In this document: piece by piece, positions 24,785-38,564 of the stretch
How the letters are laid out: each line of letters starts with the position of its first letter
How positions within the stretch are numbered: the stretch's first letter is position 1
Source: Octopus vulgaris
Lineage: Eukaryota
Assembly: GCA_951406725.2 (NCBI GenBank)
Contig: OX597814.1
Location: 135,656,001 to 135,720,000, forward strand
Direction: 5' to 3'
DNA: 64,000 nucleotides
Notes under the pieces: model-generated
The model's input: only the letters and a program-made list of their open reading frames with translations
The model's database searches: none
What the model was told of the DNA's origin: nothing
Program-made: the position numbers and the translations under genes

Positions 24785-26590
24785 CATTATTTTATTTTTG
24801 TCAATAATGGTAAGAGAAACACTATTTGGCCTGGAAAACGCCTGTTTTTCACAAAGTAAATAACTTTCACGTTTATGCTACTCGGGAAACGAAGTGCTCA
24901 ATTTGGGTGTGGGTTTTTTTTTTGGTGGGGGGGAAGGCGGTTACGAAATTAATCCGGCAATTTTGTCTGGCATGGTTTCAGTTATTGCAGGAGATAATGT
25001 AGCAAGTGTACTGGAGAGAATATTTAAAATGGGTGTTTGTTATTTATTAAACGATATATTCTGAGTGTTGCTGCTCTGGCAAAATGCTAAAACAAAATAA
25101 ACAAAACTACAAAAGCAACAACAGGGACAATCAAATAATCGGGCAGTCCTAGCTTCCTGCTATTCATTCTTTCCAATCGTATCAGCAATATCTTCAAATT
25201 GTATGTCAACAGTTTTCTTTGATAACCACCACAAAAGCTAATACAGACAACATTGTTCAACGAAAGAGAAGGGGAGAGAGGGGGAAAACCACTTACACTG
25301 TACAGAAAATATATGAAGATTTTAGAACTTCGTCCCAATAACAGCTTTACGTTTGTCTACATTGAATTGAAGAGAAAAATCAGAACAGTTGTGTCTAAAT
25401 ATATCTTAGGTTCAATGCCTCGATGATATTCTAGAAATTGCTACGCTAACAGCATAAAATCGTACATTCTAGTTTCTCTCTCTCTCTCACAAACACACAC
25501 AATAGTGCTTGCTAGAATAAGAAAACTGATATAGATTTCTTGTGAAGTTGTGTAGTTTAGTCCTCGGTCAGCTCTTATCAAGCACATCTATAATCAAAAG
25601 GCATTCCAGTTACGACCATCCTATCTTTTTGTTTTTCAGTGTATGCGAAACCTCATTATCACATGTGTGAAATCACCCCCTTATCTAAAGACGTTAGGGC
25701 GTCTCTACCTATTGCTATTCCAGCATCACTAACTAGACCTGCTTAAAGGCTCCCACGATGACTCGTTTAGAGTCAGTTCTTGTTCAACCCCAGAGCAGCC
25801 CTGCCGAGCAGACTAAAGGCCAAATACGTTCCATCCATACCAACCCGTTTTATATTCAGATACAATATATTTGAAACTCGATTTATCGAATGTCTTCTTT
25901 TGTAAAGCTGCTCTATCCCGTTGTTGCCGTGCAGAATCAGTTCTTCTGGGTAGAGGAGAACGAGCACTAAGATATCAATTTTCAGATAATTCTATGATTG
26001 CAAGCACTGTTCAGAGATTCAAGTCACTCCGGGATCTAAATTTCTTCAGCTTTATATAATTAAAGTGAGAGCACAAAAGTATCTTAGCCTCTTACGCAGT
26101 GAACGTTTGCTACTACACTGAGACTGTCTATCTTCAGTGATGTGAAACCCATTTCCTCATTTCTAAAAGAGAACCACTCACATTTATTATTGCTTTTTTG
26201 TACATCCGTTTTATAAGTGTTTGTTCTTAGTGCTTTCGTTAATGAATTTAGTCACCTTTGATAGATAATTGTAATCAACACAAATCACGGACTTTCTCAA
26301 ATTATAGCCATTAGTCTTACTAAGATGCTCTGGTGTCTATGAGCAGTCCACATTATTTGTTCAAAGTTCAGTATTTTATATTCAAACATTAATGATTAAC
26401 TTCAGAAAGCTTGATCTTATATACCTCCCATTTACAGAAATCTCAAACTAGCTCCATGCAGTTTTGTGGAGTGTGTGTGTGTGTGTGTTGCGCGCGCTCT
26501 CTTAGAGTCATAAAAACGAAAAGTTTTGCCGGTGCCCTTTCGATCGTGAGATTAATTTTAGCAAAATATACTACTGTAATGTCCGTGCTC

Positions 26591-27393
26591 AGAAAGACTT
26601 CCTTTTGTCCCCGCTCAAAAAAAAAACATCCCCTTTTTTTTTATTTAATCTGCACAAAAATTGGCAAAAATCGGCATTTTAAAATTACCCCCCCCCCTCC
26701 TTCATTTTAAACTTTTTTCAGAATTTTTTTTTTTTCAAAACATGCGGGAAAATACGGAGATTATGATTCTGAAAACAATTTCCAAAAATTTTTCTACTTT
26801 GGATTAGGGTTTTAGGGTTACGCAAAAAAATTTTTAAATGAAGAAATTGGAGGGGGAGGGGGAAGTGAGGCCAGACATTTCAAAATTCCGATTTTTGGCA
26901 ATTTTCCGGGATCTTTTCTGTTTGAACGGCAGTTTTTCTAGCGGTGTCATATGAAATTGTCACCCTAGTATCGATCTATTGCATTTCAATCTGTTTTAGG
27001 GTTGGGGGGGGGATATCTTTTTTTTCTTCACAAATGTAAATAAACCCAATCTGTTTCTTAAACGAGGGACATATTCATACGGCACAGAATGTTGTTTAAC
27101 TCAATAGACGTCATTGATTGGTTGAAATTGCAGAAATTGAAGAAAAAAAACAAATATCTTACAAACTATAGAATTTTCTCAATAAAGCCAAGAGAAAAAG
27201 ATGTTTTATAAACACATTCTACCAGTATACGAAGTTTAAAAGTGTTTAGTTACGTGGAAATTATTTTTAAAAACTGCCGTTCAAACCGATAAGATCCATA
27301 TTCCGGAATCTCAGTATCCGAAAACGTGGGTTTTGGGCAAAAAAATAATAATAATATGCGAGAAATGGGGTGGGGACGGGAGGAAGTCTTTCC
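26591..27393. mobile_element. Non-autonomous TIR element with 8-bp TSD and internal TTAGGG-like repeats; hosts a nested MITE
   Basis: TIR (a/g)gaaagacttcc..gtcccc / ggggacgggaggaagtctttcc; TSD CCGTGCTC at 26583-26590 and 27394-27401; ggattagggttttagggtta at ~26801-26820. Confidence 0.8.
26909..27297. mobile_element. GGATC-TIR MITE (Merlin/MULE-like), 8-bp TSD
   Basis: TIR ggatcttttc(t/g)gtttgaacggcagttttt; TSD attttccg / atattccg. Confidence 0.85.
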
Positions 27394-28550
27394 CCGTGCT
27401 CTCCTCCAAGTGCATGAGCAACACATAAAAACCAATTCAATCGCAGATTCAGTCATCTATCGCAGCAATACGTTTGCTGCAAGCGAAAGCCAATAAACAG
27501 CTAATGGCTTAACATATGTGGCTGATAGGATGTAATAAGTTATGTTGTAACATTCATCATAAAAAAAAAAGGAACTGGTACTCCGTCGGTTACGATGAAT
27601 GGGGTTCCAGTTGATCCGATCAACAGAACAGCCTGCTCACAACATTAATGTGCGTGCAAGTGGCTGAACATTCTTCAGACCTTTAACGTAGTTCTGAGGG
27701 AAAATTCGCGAGACAGAATGTGATAAGGTTGGTCCTTTGAAATACGGGTACTACTCATTTTTGCCAGCTGAGTGGACTGGAGCAACGTGAAGTGTGTCTT
27801 GCTCAAGGATACAACGCGCCACCGAGAATCTAACTCACGACCTTACAGTTATAAGTCGAAAACCCAAACCACTAAGCCATGTGCCTTCACTGGTATATAT
27901 TCTTCTACGATACAAGCAACATAATTGAAAATAAGAAAAATGAGATTTCAAATTTTGTTCACTGAAAACTTAACACTACAAAGGATGATCTCGGCGAAAA
28001 AATACCAAGTCATTCGATATAAAAAAAATTATATAAAGAAAAAAAAAAAATCTGTGAATATAATGAAGTAAATGTCTATCACTCCTTTGAATTCGACATG
28101 AATTAGCTACAAGTTATTTCAAGTAAAATCGACTATACGATAACATTTGACTGGTCTTGTTATCTGAGTGGATGACATGTGAAAAATATTAATTATCGTG
28201 AGAAAGAAGAGATTGAACATCCTGAAGTAACCCAGGTACACGGGAATACTATCGGCGGCAACTATATGTAAAAAGGAGAAAAAAAAATGATAATCACCAT
28301 TGCCACCCACTAACAGTCGGTGACGAAGTCAGACAACAGCAAACATAATATAGATATTTAGGGAGATTAAGGTAAGTTTTTATCTTTGTGAACGAGGGGG
28401 TTTGTTTTAGGAGAGAGAGAAAGAGAGAGAGAGCAAAATTAGATGGGAAATGTTATCAAGCCAAATCAAATACAATAACGGAATAAACAAATACTCCATC
28501 GAGCTAACGAAGGACCCACAATGGGGCCGCTTGACTGTAACAGAAACAAC

Positions 28551-29672
28551 AGGCGACGATCTTTTGTTTTAGGTACATATATCGGGGTAGGGTGGGGGGT
28601 CTAAAACACAACCTAGACAATCCGTGAAAATACAAAAAATAGATTTGCATTTCTCAAGTGTGCAGTATGAATATGTAAAAGATTAAAAGTTACATATCAT
28701 TACATGGAAATATATTAATATTTTCTACTGTTAAACCTTTTCAAATTAATTTTATTATAACTTCTTATGAACATTTCTAGTTTTATCATTTCCATTATAA
28801 CTGTTCAGAGGTTGGACGGATAGACAGATAAAAAGACTGATAGATACGTAGATAGTACCTACTAGTGGCGTGTGATTTGTGTATTACCTTGTTACTAATT
28901 TGGGGGTTGGTTTATTTTTCTGGTAACCCTTTTTGTTACCATTTTTCACGTTACAATTTGTGTGACAGTACAATTATTGGATCTCTTCGGTTTGAACGGC
29001 AGTTTTTAACATAATTTCTAGGTAACTAAAAAATTTTAAATTTCGTATACTGGTAGAATGTATTTATAAAACATCTTTTTCTCTTGGCTTTATTGAAAAA
29101 ATTCTATAGTTTGTAAGATATTTGTTTGTTTTTTTCTTCAATTTCTGCAATTTCAACCAATCGATGACGTCCATTGAGGTAAACATTCTGTGCCGCATGA
29201 ATATGTCCCTCGTTTAAGAAACAGATTGGGTTTATTTACATTTGTGAAGAAAAAAAGATACCCTTCCCCCTACTCCTAACTAACCCTAACCAACCCTAAC
29301 CCTAAAACAGATTGAAATGCAATAGATCGATACTAGGGTCATAATTATGGGTGACAATTTCATATGACACCACTAAAAAAAACTGCCGTTCAAGCCGAAA
29401 AGATCCCAATTATTTTATTTGTAGATCTTTTGAAGTTCCTTGAACAACTTCGTCATTAAAGTTGAAACAAAAGGGCGATACGGTACTAGAACCGTAAGAT
29501 CGCCAACAAAAGTGCTGCTACTAAATGTTACACGTTTTAATAAATGAAAGTAAAAATACGGGTTATTTATTTACATATTCGGGATACCCAAGTCTATTTT
29601 TTGTATTTTCCCGGATTGTTTAGTTTCATTTTTAGTTCTTCGGATATATGTACCTAGAACCAAAGATCGGCC
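28551..29672. mobile_element. MITE with ~100-bp imperfect TIRs, hosting a nested MITE
   Basis: gatcttttgttttaggtacatatatc...gaaaatacaaaaaataga vs tctattttttgtattttc...gatatatgtacctagaaccaaagatc; TSD not resolved. Confidence 0.7.
28979..29406. mobile_element. GGATC-TIR MITE with internal (TAACCC)n
   Basis: Perfect 8-bp TSD CAATTATT; ctaactaaccctaaccaaccctaaccctaa at ~29276-29305. Confidence 0.9.
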
Positions 29673-30090
29673 AATATCTGAAAATAAGAGATAGTCATGA
29701 CTAAAATACTTTGGGCATAAATCTGTTCAGTCTGAACTGCCCTGGGCTAAACAACAGCAAATTCTCTGCAGCAGTCATTATTCTTATTTATGGAAAAATG
29801 AAGTTGACCCTGGCGAAAATTTCAATTTAGCATGTAGGTCAAATCTATCATTACTACTCTCTATCGTTTCTGCACGTAAAAACCTCTACCCATGCGTCCT
29901 TAGTCACAAAAAAATGTGATAAATATATTTTTGCATACCATTTAATGTATGTTCAAAATATCAATGTATTAAATGATATATAATGAGCCCTGTGTGTTAT
30001 TGTATGTAAGCTTTTACAAGGAAAAACGTTGACACTGACTTCGAGGTTTCGACTTAAAAGTTATTGCCAATCTTTTCCTTATAAAAATTA

Positions 30091-32553
30091 CACTAAAACG
30101 CATTATTGAATAATCTATCACCCATTAGATTGTTTTTATATATAGCTGGTCTGCAGCCAAAAAATTGTTTCACGTTTATTAGGTGAAATTGCTCAGTTTT
30201 TACCGGCTGATTTAAAAAATTGCATAGAAATTATACTATCACGTACAGCTTCTTCATGCATTTTAACATTGTATCCGAATTTGACTATTGCCATATTTAA
30301 ATTGACCATAATAGTATAGCTAATATGTGTAATTTTAAAAAATAAGCGTCTGGCAACCTTCAGACTGCTTTAGCTACGCAAAGTGCCTGCACCACTGGAG
30401 GTTCAGTCACCCGCAAGTAGTGAGGAGACCAAGATGCGCTCTACACGTGTTCCGCATCATTTGAAGCAAGGATTTCTTCTAGAAAATGTGCTGCTAGCCC
30501 GGATAATTTGTTACATTTGTGGCGAGTTGATGACGTCAAAGACACATCAAATTTGTTAAAAAATTCTATGCCTACTTTGGTGTGAAATTAGGAAACCAAG
30601 ATAAGTGAGTTCCTCATTAGGTCTGTTTAATATATGTTGAAGAATTAAGACGATAAAACGTACAAAGAAGTCATTTCATTTTGAAGTTTCAATGATATGG
30701 AGAGAGCCTAAAAATCTGTGATGACTAAGGTGCAAGCATGGGCCTAGGAACAGAGGTGCACTTGCACCCCCTAAAATTTTTATAGACTGCAAAATCAAAA
30801 TTTGCATCCTTACTTTTCTCAGGTTTAGAAAACAGTAAAAAGTGATCTGTAAAATGTACCTTAAATTAGGTTTCTTCTCAAAGAACATAAATAAAAACAT
30901 GACCTTATTTGTAAAAATTTTGGAGCCTGGGTTTGCACCCACTAAGCAACTTTTGTTCCCGAGCCAGAACAGAATTCGAAGAATGGGGAAAACATTGTTT
31001 ATCCAAATCCTACATCTGCATTGGCTTGTTGCCCATGGACCAGATGTTACAGGCCTGTCACCACCAAAAGACCTTGAAGGCATACACTTGAGTTCTGAGC
31101 CAGAAGGCAGAAATAGCAACGACGATGAAGACTTCAATAACGGTAAAGGCAAAGAACCAGTGAATTAAATGATCTAGTGAGGAACTTGGGGCTCAAAGAA
31201 ATCAGCAAAGCTTTTAGGTTCCAGACTTAAATCCAAGAATCTTTTAACGCTTTGTGCATTATTCTGTTGGTATTGTAACCGAAAGAAATTATGTTCCTTA
31301 TTTCGCTCATGAAAAATGATTTGGTTCATTGTACAGAACTGTCAAAATTAATAGGTAAGTTTGGCGCAAGTTACAGCTCGAATGGAGATTCGACTCGTCA
31401 AAGAGAAGTCTTAAAGCTGTTCCACAGCATAATAGTAATAAATATGCTTCCATCCTTGTTGGATACTCAGTGATCATGAAGAAACACGAAAATTTGGTGT
31501 CACTTTTGCATGAGGTTAAATTCAAAGAACACAACTGGATGATTTGCAGCACCTTGAAAATTATATTGCATAGTTTCCTTGTTTCTTGTGTGAATGGAAT
31601 AGTATAGCCAGCAACCTCTATTAGTCTAAAAAGGAAGAATGACCAGGTAAAGGTACGCTTAAACGAGGGACAAAGAATACTCTTCGAGAAAGTTTGCTTG
31701 ATCTGAAAAAGGTTCTTTCGCCTCCTCTACACATTAAACTTGGCTTCATAAAGCAATACGTAAAAGCTTTGCTACAGGATGGAGAGGGCTTCATGTATTT
31801 GCCTGACAAGTTTCCTGCTCTATCAGATGCAAAGGTTGAAGGAGGGTGTATATGTAGGACCAGATATATAGAAACTCGTCCAGGACGAAACACTTTTAAA
31901 CTTCTGAAAATTCTTTAAAAAATATGCATGGATTAGTTTTAACTTCTTGGGTAACCACTAGGTCACACAATACAAATACAAAGGAATGCTGGAAAATTTT
32001 GAGGCCTAAGAATGTAAAATGCACCTTAACGTTCACTTCTGATATGCCATTCAGATTTCTGTCCGGAAAATCTGAGAGATGTGAACGAGGAGCAGGGGGA
32101 GAGGATTCATCACGACTTAAGAAGATGGAAAGATATCTGAGAAGATGGAATGTCAATATAATGGCCAATTAGTGCTGGATGTTACATTGTGAACGTCCAT
32201 CAAATGCTCACAAGCGAAAGCGTTCCAGGCATAGTTTTCAAATGAAAAGAGATTTTGAGCTACTGAATTTAAAACAAGAAAAAAAAATGAAACCTTTGTA
32301 AACGTTTTGCTTCCGTTTTAGTTGCATTTGAAACTATATATTTTGATAAATAAAGTACCAAATTCATCTTTATTAGTTTCATTTTGTTTTACCATATGTG
32401 GATTTACCTACAAATTATGGTAGATTTTTATGATTAAAATTGTGAGAAAACCTTAGGTCATGGGAGAAAGTTTTTTTGATAATTCAAATTAGCACCGTAA
32501 AGTACATACAATTATCAAACGATTTTCAACAATTTCCATCTTGTAAATCTGTG
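30091..32553 (+). mobile_element. Chapaev3-type (CMC superfamily) DNA transposon, decayed transposase ~30486-32230
   Basis: Motifs CYICG, YFGVKLGNQDK, MIWREPKN, PPLHIKLGFIKQYVKAL..GEGF.YL..KFPALS, NL.DV.EEQGERIHHD, KMERY..RWNVNIMAN*CW; tentative tta|CAC...GTG|taa ends. Confidence 0.8.
30737..30965. mobile_element. Small hAT-like MITE inserted in the Chapaev3 ORF
   Basis: catgggcctaggaac..ggtgca / tgcaccc..gttcccgagcc inverted termini interrupt the transposase after WREPKN. Confidence 0.5.
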
Positions 32554-32735
32554 TAATATAAAAAATAACATCGCCAAAAATATTATAATGCATACTAGTG
32601 TGACTAAGTTTGCTTCTCAACAACATGAGTCTGTGTTCAGTCCCACTGCATGGCTAGTGTCTTCTACTATAGCCCCAGGCCTTAAGTGAATTTGGTAGAC
32701 AGAAAAGAAGCCCGTCATGTGAGTATGCGAGTGTG

Positions 32736-33090
32736 AAGGCGCAAAGCTCAGTGGTTAGAGCGTCGAGCTTACGATCGTGAGTTCGATTCCCGGACCGGAC
32801 TGCGTGTTGTGTTCTTGAGCAAGACACTATTTCATGTTGCTCCAGTTCACTCAGCCGTAGAAATGAGTTGCGACGTCACTGGTGCCAAGCTGTATCGGCC
32901 TTTGCCTTCCTCTTGGATAACATCGGTGGCGTGAGAGGGGAGGCTGGTATGCATGGGCGACTGCAGGTCTTCCATAAAAACAACCCTAGGTTGTGCGTTC
33001 ACTCGTGAGGCGATTTTCCGCCTAGACTTGTACCCCGGATGGGAACCCCTTAGGTGCACCCATGGTCATTCGTAACCGACGGAGTTGTAT
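32736..33090 (+). mobile_element. tRNA-derived SINE family C nested in the microsatellite of a SINE B (32600-33325)
   Basis: A-box gctcagtggttagagc, B-box gagttcgattccc, core gtgttcttgagcaagacact; matches 63496-63785. Confidence 0.85.
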
Positions 33091-33416
33091 TAAATATATG
33101 CGTATGCGCGCACATTTGCATATATGTCTGTGCGTGCGCGCGTTGTCCATTATCGATGACAACCAGTACTGGTTTGTTTATGATCCCATAACAGTAGTTC
33201 GGCAAAAGACCGCTAGAATCCGTACCAGGCTTAAAAATAAATATTGGGAGGTGGGGGCATTTGTTCAGCTAAACCCTTCAAAGTAGTGCTCCAAGATGGT
33301 CCCAGTAACTGAAACATGTAAAAGAATATATATAAATGACAAGATAACCATAACAGGAACAACCTTTACTCAGTCAGGATGGACAACTACTGTTACACTG
33401 ACAACCGTACTCTTAC

Positions 33417-36187
33417 ATGGTAGTCGTGTATACTTGCGTGATGCCTCAAAATAGAAATACATAACTGAATTGTTCGTACCTTAGAGGTAAATGTACGGAG
33501 GGGAAGGATGCTTAAAAGTTCCTGAATATAAGGGTGTCGTAAAAGGTCTGGTCGGAGGCCCAACCTTCTGAGTTTTTTTTTTTTTTTACAGTGCTTAGAG
33601 AAACTGAAGGGCTGCTGCAATAAGTGTGAGAATCTGAAAGGGTTATATGTTGGATAAAATCAATTAACTGATCATCCTGTATTTTCTTTTATCCAAATCC
33701 AGGAACTTTTCAGCACCCTCTCGCAAGTACAGCAGGACTATAACTGGATCACAGCATTAGAGCACACCTTTTACAGTGCACGCTGAACGATTTGAACATT
33801 AAAATAGACATAAAAGGCGAGAAAGAACCAGCTACATGCGAATTTGGTAAATACATCAAAACATTCAGTATTATAGTCATAATAGTAACTAAACATATAA
33901 AAACCAGTGATCTCCTGAAAATCATTTCAGTTGCTTCTGTTCGCCTTCGTTCCTCCTAATTTTCAAAAATTATTTATAAATACATCAGAGTATTTACGCT
34001 AATTCTATAAGAATTAGCTCTAAATTAATTGACAAAATAATACTCAGGTTTGATTAGTGCTAATGAGGTAGCCTCAACGTAGATGATCGACTTGCTACAA
34101 ATAATAGTCAATTCTCCCTCAAAACTACATCCTATCGTTTTAGTATGGGATGTGTTCCTGAGTTTTCTGTACAAAGGAGAGAGACAGTACGGACTGAAAG
34201 ACCTTTGATTGTAAAGTGCAGAATCAGAGATGGCCTAGGAATAAACAACATACCTACAGGTCTTATTCAATTTTAATCAAATTAATACGACCAGCTAAAT
34301 ACAAGCAATCACCAAACCTTCCTCTTTTTATGCGCTACAGTATCATAACGACAGAATGATCCGTTATGGCTGGAATACTTTTTATACGTTTTCTCGGTCG
34401 GGAAGAACCTGGGGCTAAACAACAATAACAATCTTCTTGTTTCTCAATAGCTTCAGCGAACTTTTTAACCCAAGGTCAGCTTTAATCAAATAGATCTATG
34501 ATCAGAAGGTACTTTAGTCATGAATATATGTTTTTTTTTTTTTTTTCTCTTTCCCTTCCATATTGTGCGTATGTGTATTTATTGACTGTCGGGAAAAAAA
34601 GAGTACAATACCAAAGTAAAGATTAATTATATATTTAATTTGGTCGAACCAATCTCCTGCTACTGTGAGTTTCGCCGGAGAGTGCACAGGATCTTCAAAC
34701 AAGTCATGACTTACCTGAAGACGCTAGGCACCCACAGGTGAAACTCAGAGCAACAAGAGGCTGCCTCGATCAAAATACAGACATACATATACACACACAC
34801 AAGGCGGCGAGCTGGCAGAAAAATTACTATGACGCCGGGCCATACATACATACATACACACACACACATACATAGATACATACACACACACGACATACAT
34901 ACATCCACACACATACTTACACACACACACACACATACATGCAGACATACATATACACATAACACCGAGTTTGTCCTTGTTTGAATCGGCCATGTCATAC
35001 ATACATACACACACACATACTTACACACACACACATACATAGATACATGCATACATACATATACACATACATGCATACATACATATACACATACACCGAA
35101 TAAAAAATCAGTTATCTCTCTCTTTCACACATTACTCTCTCTGTCTCTTCACACACACTAACAGAAGCACTTCACTTACACAACATACTGTCTGTCTCCC
35201 TGCACCCCATCAAGTTTTTGCACACACAGGCCGACTTCAAAGTGAAACCTTCTCGTCGTAAAATCGCTTTCTGTAGTCTCTTTCTGCTCTTTACTTATGT
35301 AAAAAATATATAGTTTTATACATATATATATATATCTGATCTACGACATGCGAAACTTCGCCAATCTGGCACACACATCATTTTAACTAACAAATTACAC
35401 AGATTAACCAGCGAGCAAGCATCCACAAGGTCAGACTAATTTGCTATAAATAGTAGCAAAATTTTCCTCAGATCATACCTTACCGTCTTAGATAAGATAA
35501 ATGAAATGGACACAGTTAAAAGTTCTCTGGCTGTAGGTTTACGCGACCAGGGCTGACCTAGGGTCAAACAAAATCCAATATACAGAAAAGATCAGGACAA
35601 CCACACAAAACAGGTTAAGATAGAAATATGGAATAATTTAGGACAGTTTCAAAACCAAATGCTCAGAATCGGTTAAAACAGTGATATAATCAATATATTT
35701 GATAAATTAAGTTATATTGTGAAACGTTGACATATTCCCATGGTTTAAATATATAGGCTTCTAATCAATAACTGGATAGACTTTTATTTTTAGAGTATAT
35801 CTAACTTTAAAAAGCTTCGAGTTCAAACCCCACTGTAGGTGATTTGAGAGCCAGTTTTAAACTGAGTGATGGAAAATTAGCATAATCATCATCTATCCTA
35901 CTAAGAAAGGAATGGTCTTTGGTAAACTTCCGCCATCATATTTATTCGGGAAGTCAAACACACAAAGCTGCATTTTGGATATTCCTCTTGCAATATCGCC
36001 AATATTTAAATGTGTAATCTTGAGAATATAACATTCTATTCTATGAAAGAAAATATTAGTTTTGTACTGATGTGTGCAGGAAGAAACAAGATTGTAATAA
36101 AGTCTATCTTTCTCGCTAAGAGAGAGAAATCCACATTCCTCTAACTCGGTTTTACTAGTAAAATCAAAAGCATAAATAAAAGTATCT

Positions 36188-36237
<50 letters not shown>

Positions 36238-37285
36238 CAGTATCATCCAATCAGATAAGACAAAATGCCAATGTAAATTTTGATGATGTACTTTGAACCC
36301 CTGGTGGAAATATTCTCGTAAAAGTTGTCAAATGTAATATGAATAGTAAAATTTCTTTGACAGACAGATTTTATAACCTATAGATAAAAGAACCAATGAA
36401 ATAACTAGTTAACTCCAGTCACTTATGGAGCAGTTTTAAAAATAAGAGAAATGGATGTATGATAAGGTAACTAGAAGAAATATTTTTTAAAAAGTCACTT
36501 ACCGCTATCATCATCACTGGAACTAACGCGCATCTGCAATACTGGACCCATTGGCTCAGTTTACAGATGAGGATGGTTATATCTATGTATATATATATAT
36601 TTCGTTATTAATTAATTTCTGTTAAGTTCGGATAGATTCCAGAGAGCAGATGCGATCGGTTATATTTCCATTTAACTCCTAGTCCGAGAAATGTAAATGC
36701 GTGTATTATAGAGATCGAGAGATAAATAGATAAATTACGAGGCGGGAATTTTACGATAGAGGTGTGAATGAAGGAGAGGGGTTGGGTTTTTTAACCCATA
36801 CTTAAACAGACTTCATAAGAGCAGTCCTCGGAGCGAACGGGAGATAAAGAATGAAATTAGGTTACGTTAGATCGGGCCGCTATAGTCAATCGAGTAGTTT
36901 ATACAAGCTGGTCTGAAAACTTAAACCAGTTAACAGGCCAATACTTCAGGTAAGCTATAGTAAATGGTGGTGCGTTATCACCTTTTTGTTCCAGTTTCTA
37001 TGGTGCTTTAAAAATCTCATCACGTCAGTCAGTTTAGAATATAACGTCCGTAAAATTTACTTTGTTGATCACAAAATGACGGGTTGGCTTGTCTTGCTCA
37101 ACAACGAAGGTACGCCTTTGAGGACGTTCAGTTGTAGAATGTCCTAGATTGCTAAATTTACACCACATTATAAAATGAATAAATTGATATCTATTCTTAC
37201 TTGTCAAGCCATCCCCCACCGTCTCACTTCCAAGTGGTGTTCGTCCCAGTTTGTTAAATGGCATTTCCCCAGAAATTATCGATTG
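33417..37285 (-). other. Candidate small minus-strand exons (37201-37285, 36503-36582, 34715-34760, 33417-33444)
   Basis: Each non-repeat island ends in a gtaag donor and begins after an AG; no recognisable protein. Confidence 0.25.
33494..33725. mobile_element. mariner-type MITE
   Basis: tacggagggg..atgcttaaaagttcctg / caggaacttttcagcaccctctcg. Confidence 0.65.
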
Positions 37286-38552
37286 CTGACTATATTATTG
37301 TTTGAAGCCTAAATGACGTTTTAAGAAAAACTGAAGAGCTGGTCATTTTGTCACTATGGTGTTTAATTACTGGGGCGTTGGATTGGTAGAATCGTTGGTG
37401 TTGAACAAAACTTCCAGTAATCGTTCTGATTATTTACATTCTTTGCTTTTCACCTTTCCAGGGTCGTTAGCATAAAATACCATTCAAGTATTGGGGATCG
37501 ATGTAATGGACCAACCCTTTACCCAAATTTCTAGCGGTGGGATTATAAAAGCTTCTGACAAATTGCCTTATATTTAGCTCCGTCAGTTTGCGTTCTGAAT
37601 TCAGATCCCACCAAGGTCAGCTTTGCCTTTCGTCTTTCCGGGTTCGATAAGTTAAGTACCAGTCAAACTCTAGGGTCGAATTACGTTCAAATCTCGAGAA
37701 ATTAAGTACTAGTCGAGTTCGAGAGTCGACATAACTGACTACAGTAATAGCTCTACTATCGCGGGTGCTACGTTCCAAAACACACAGTGATAGGTGAAAA
37801 TCGACGAAGTAGGATAAGTACTGTATTATATATAGTTTTTAATTATTTTAAAAATCTGTATACATTAATTTTATTATTAGTGCAAAACAACACAACGGAG
37901 GAATCGACGCAAGCTTAAATAATAAGCCGCGATATGGCGAGGGATTACTGTATTTTCTTCCTCTGAATGTTTGTGGCTGTTCTATCATAGAAACCGTCAT
38001 CATTATTATGTGCTGTAGGTGACAATTGGAGTTGCTGGCCAACTCCTTTTACATTTTAAGTTCAAATCCTGTCGGAAGTAACTGAGTTTGATGGCATGAA
38101 AAAAAAAAACGCATATGCATTATAGACGCACCCCAATTTCGGCAGCGCGTAATCAGGAAAAGTTTAGTGCGTTCAATCATGTAATATAGGCCCAACTTCG
38201 CATACAGGACCCAGGGTAATTTGAGACTTAAGAAGAGAGGGGCGTCTTACATACTATCAAATACGATACTTTGCCTTCCGAGATAAAATAAGCACCAATC
38301 TATTTTCATCCTGCCAAGGGACTGTGTACTGACTTACAAGCCTTTAATATATTTAGTAGTATAATAGTTTCAAAATTTGGCTTCCTACAGATTTCTGCTG
38401 CTTTCTTGCCATTTAAAAAAAAAAACAAATCACGAGGTCTCGATAATGTTCGTTTTCGTTCTCCATTTTTAAGATGATCTCAAGCACACAAAATACAACC
38501 TATCTCTTTACACCTTCGAGTCAAACTATATTGAAGGCGTATATATAACGAG

Positions 38553-38564
38553 TACGCATGCGCA
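38553..38564. promoter_or_regulatory. NRF1-like motif (TACGCATGCGCA) in the CpG-retaining region
   Basis: One mismatch to YGCGCATGCGCR; lies upstream of the candidate minus-strand exons. Confidence 0.3.

Noticed and set aside
30676-31168. 158-aa and 108-aa ORFs
   Set aside because: Antisense or chimeric read-through of the MITE and Chapaev3 remnants
32736-32800. tRNA gene-like A/B boxes (also 63500, 56820)
   Set aside because: No complete cloverleaf; each continues into a multi-copy SINE body
35893-36246. 117-aa minus-strand ORF
   Set aside because: Starts in (TA)n; no recognisable domain or consistent splice frame
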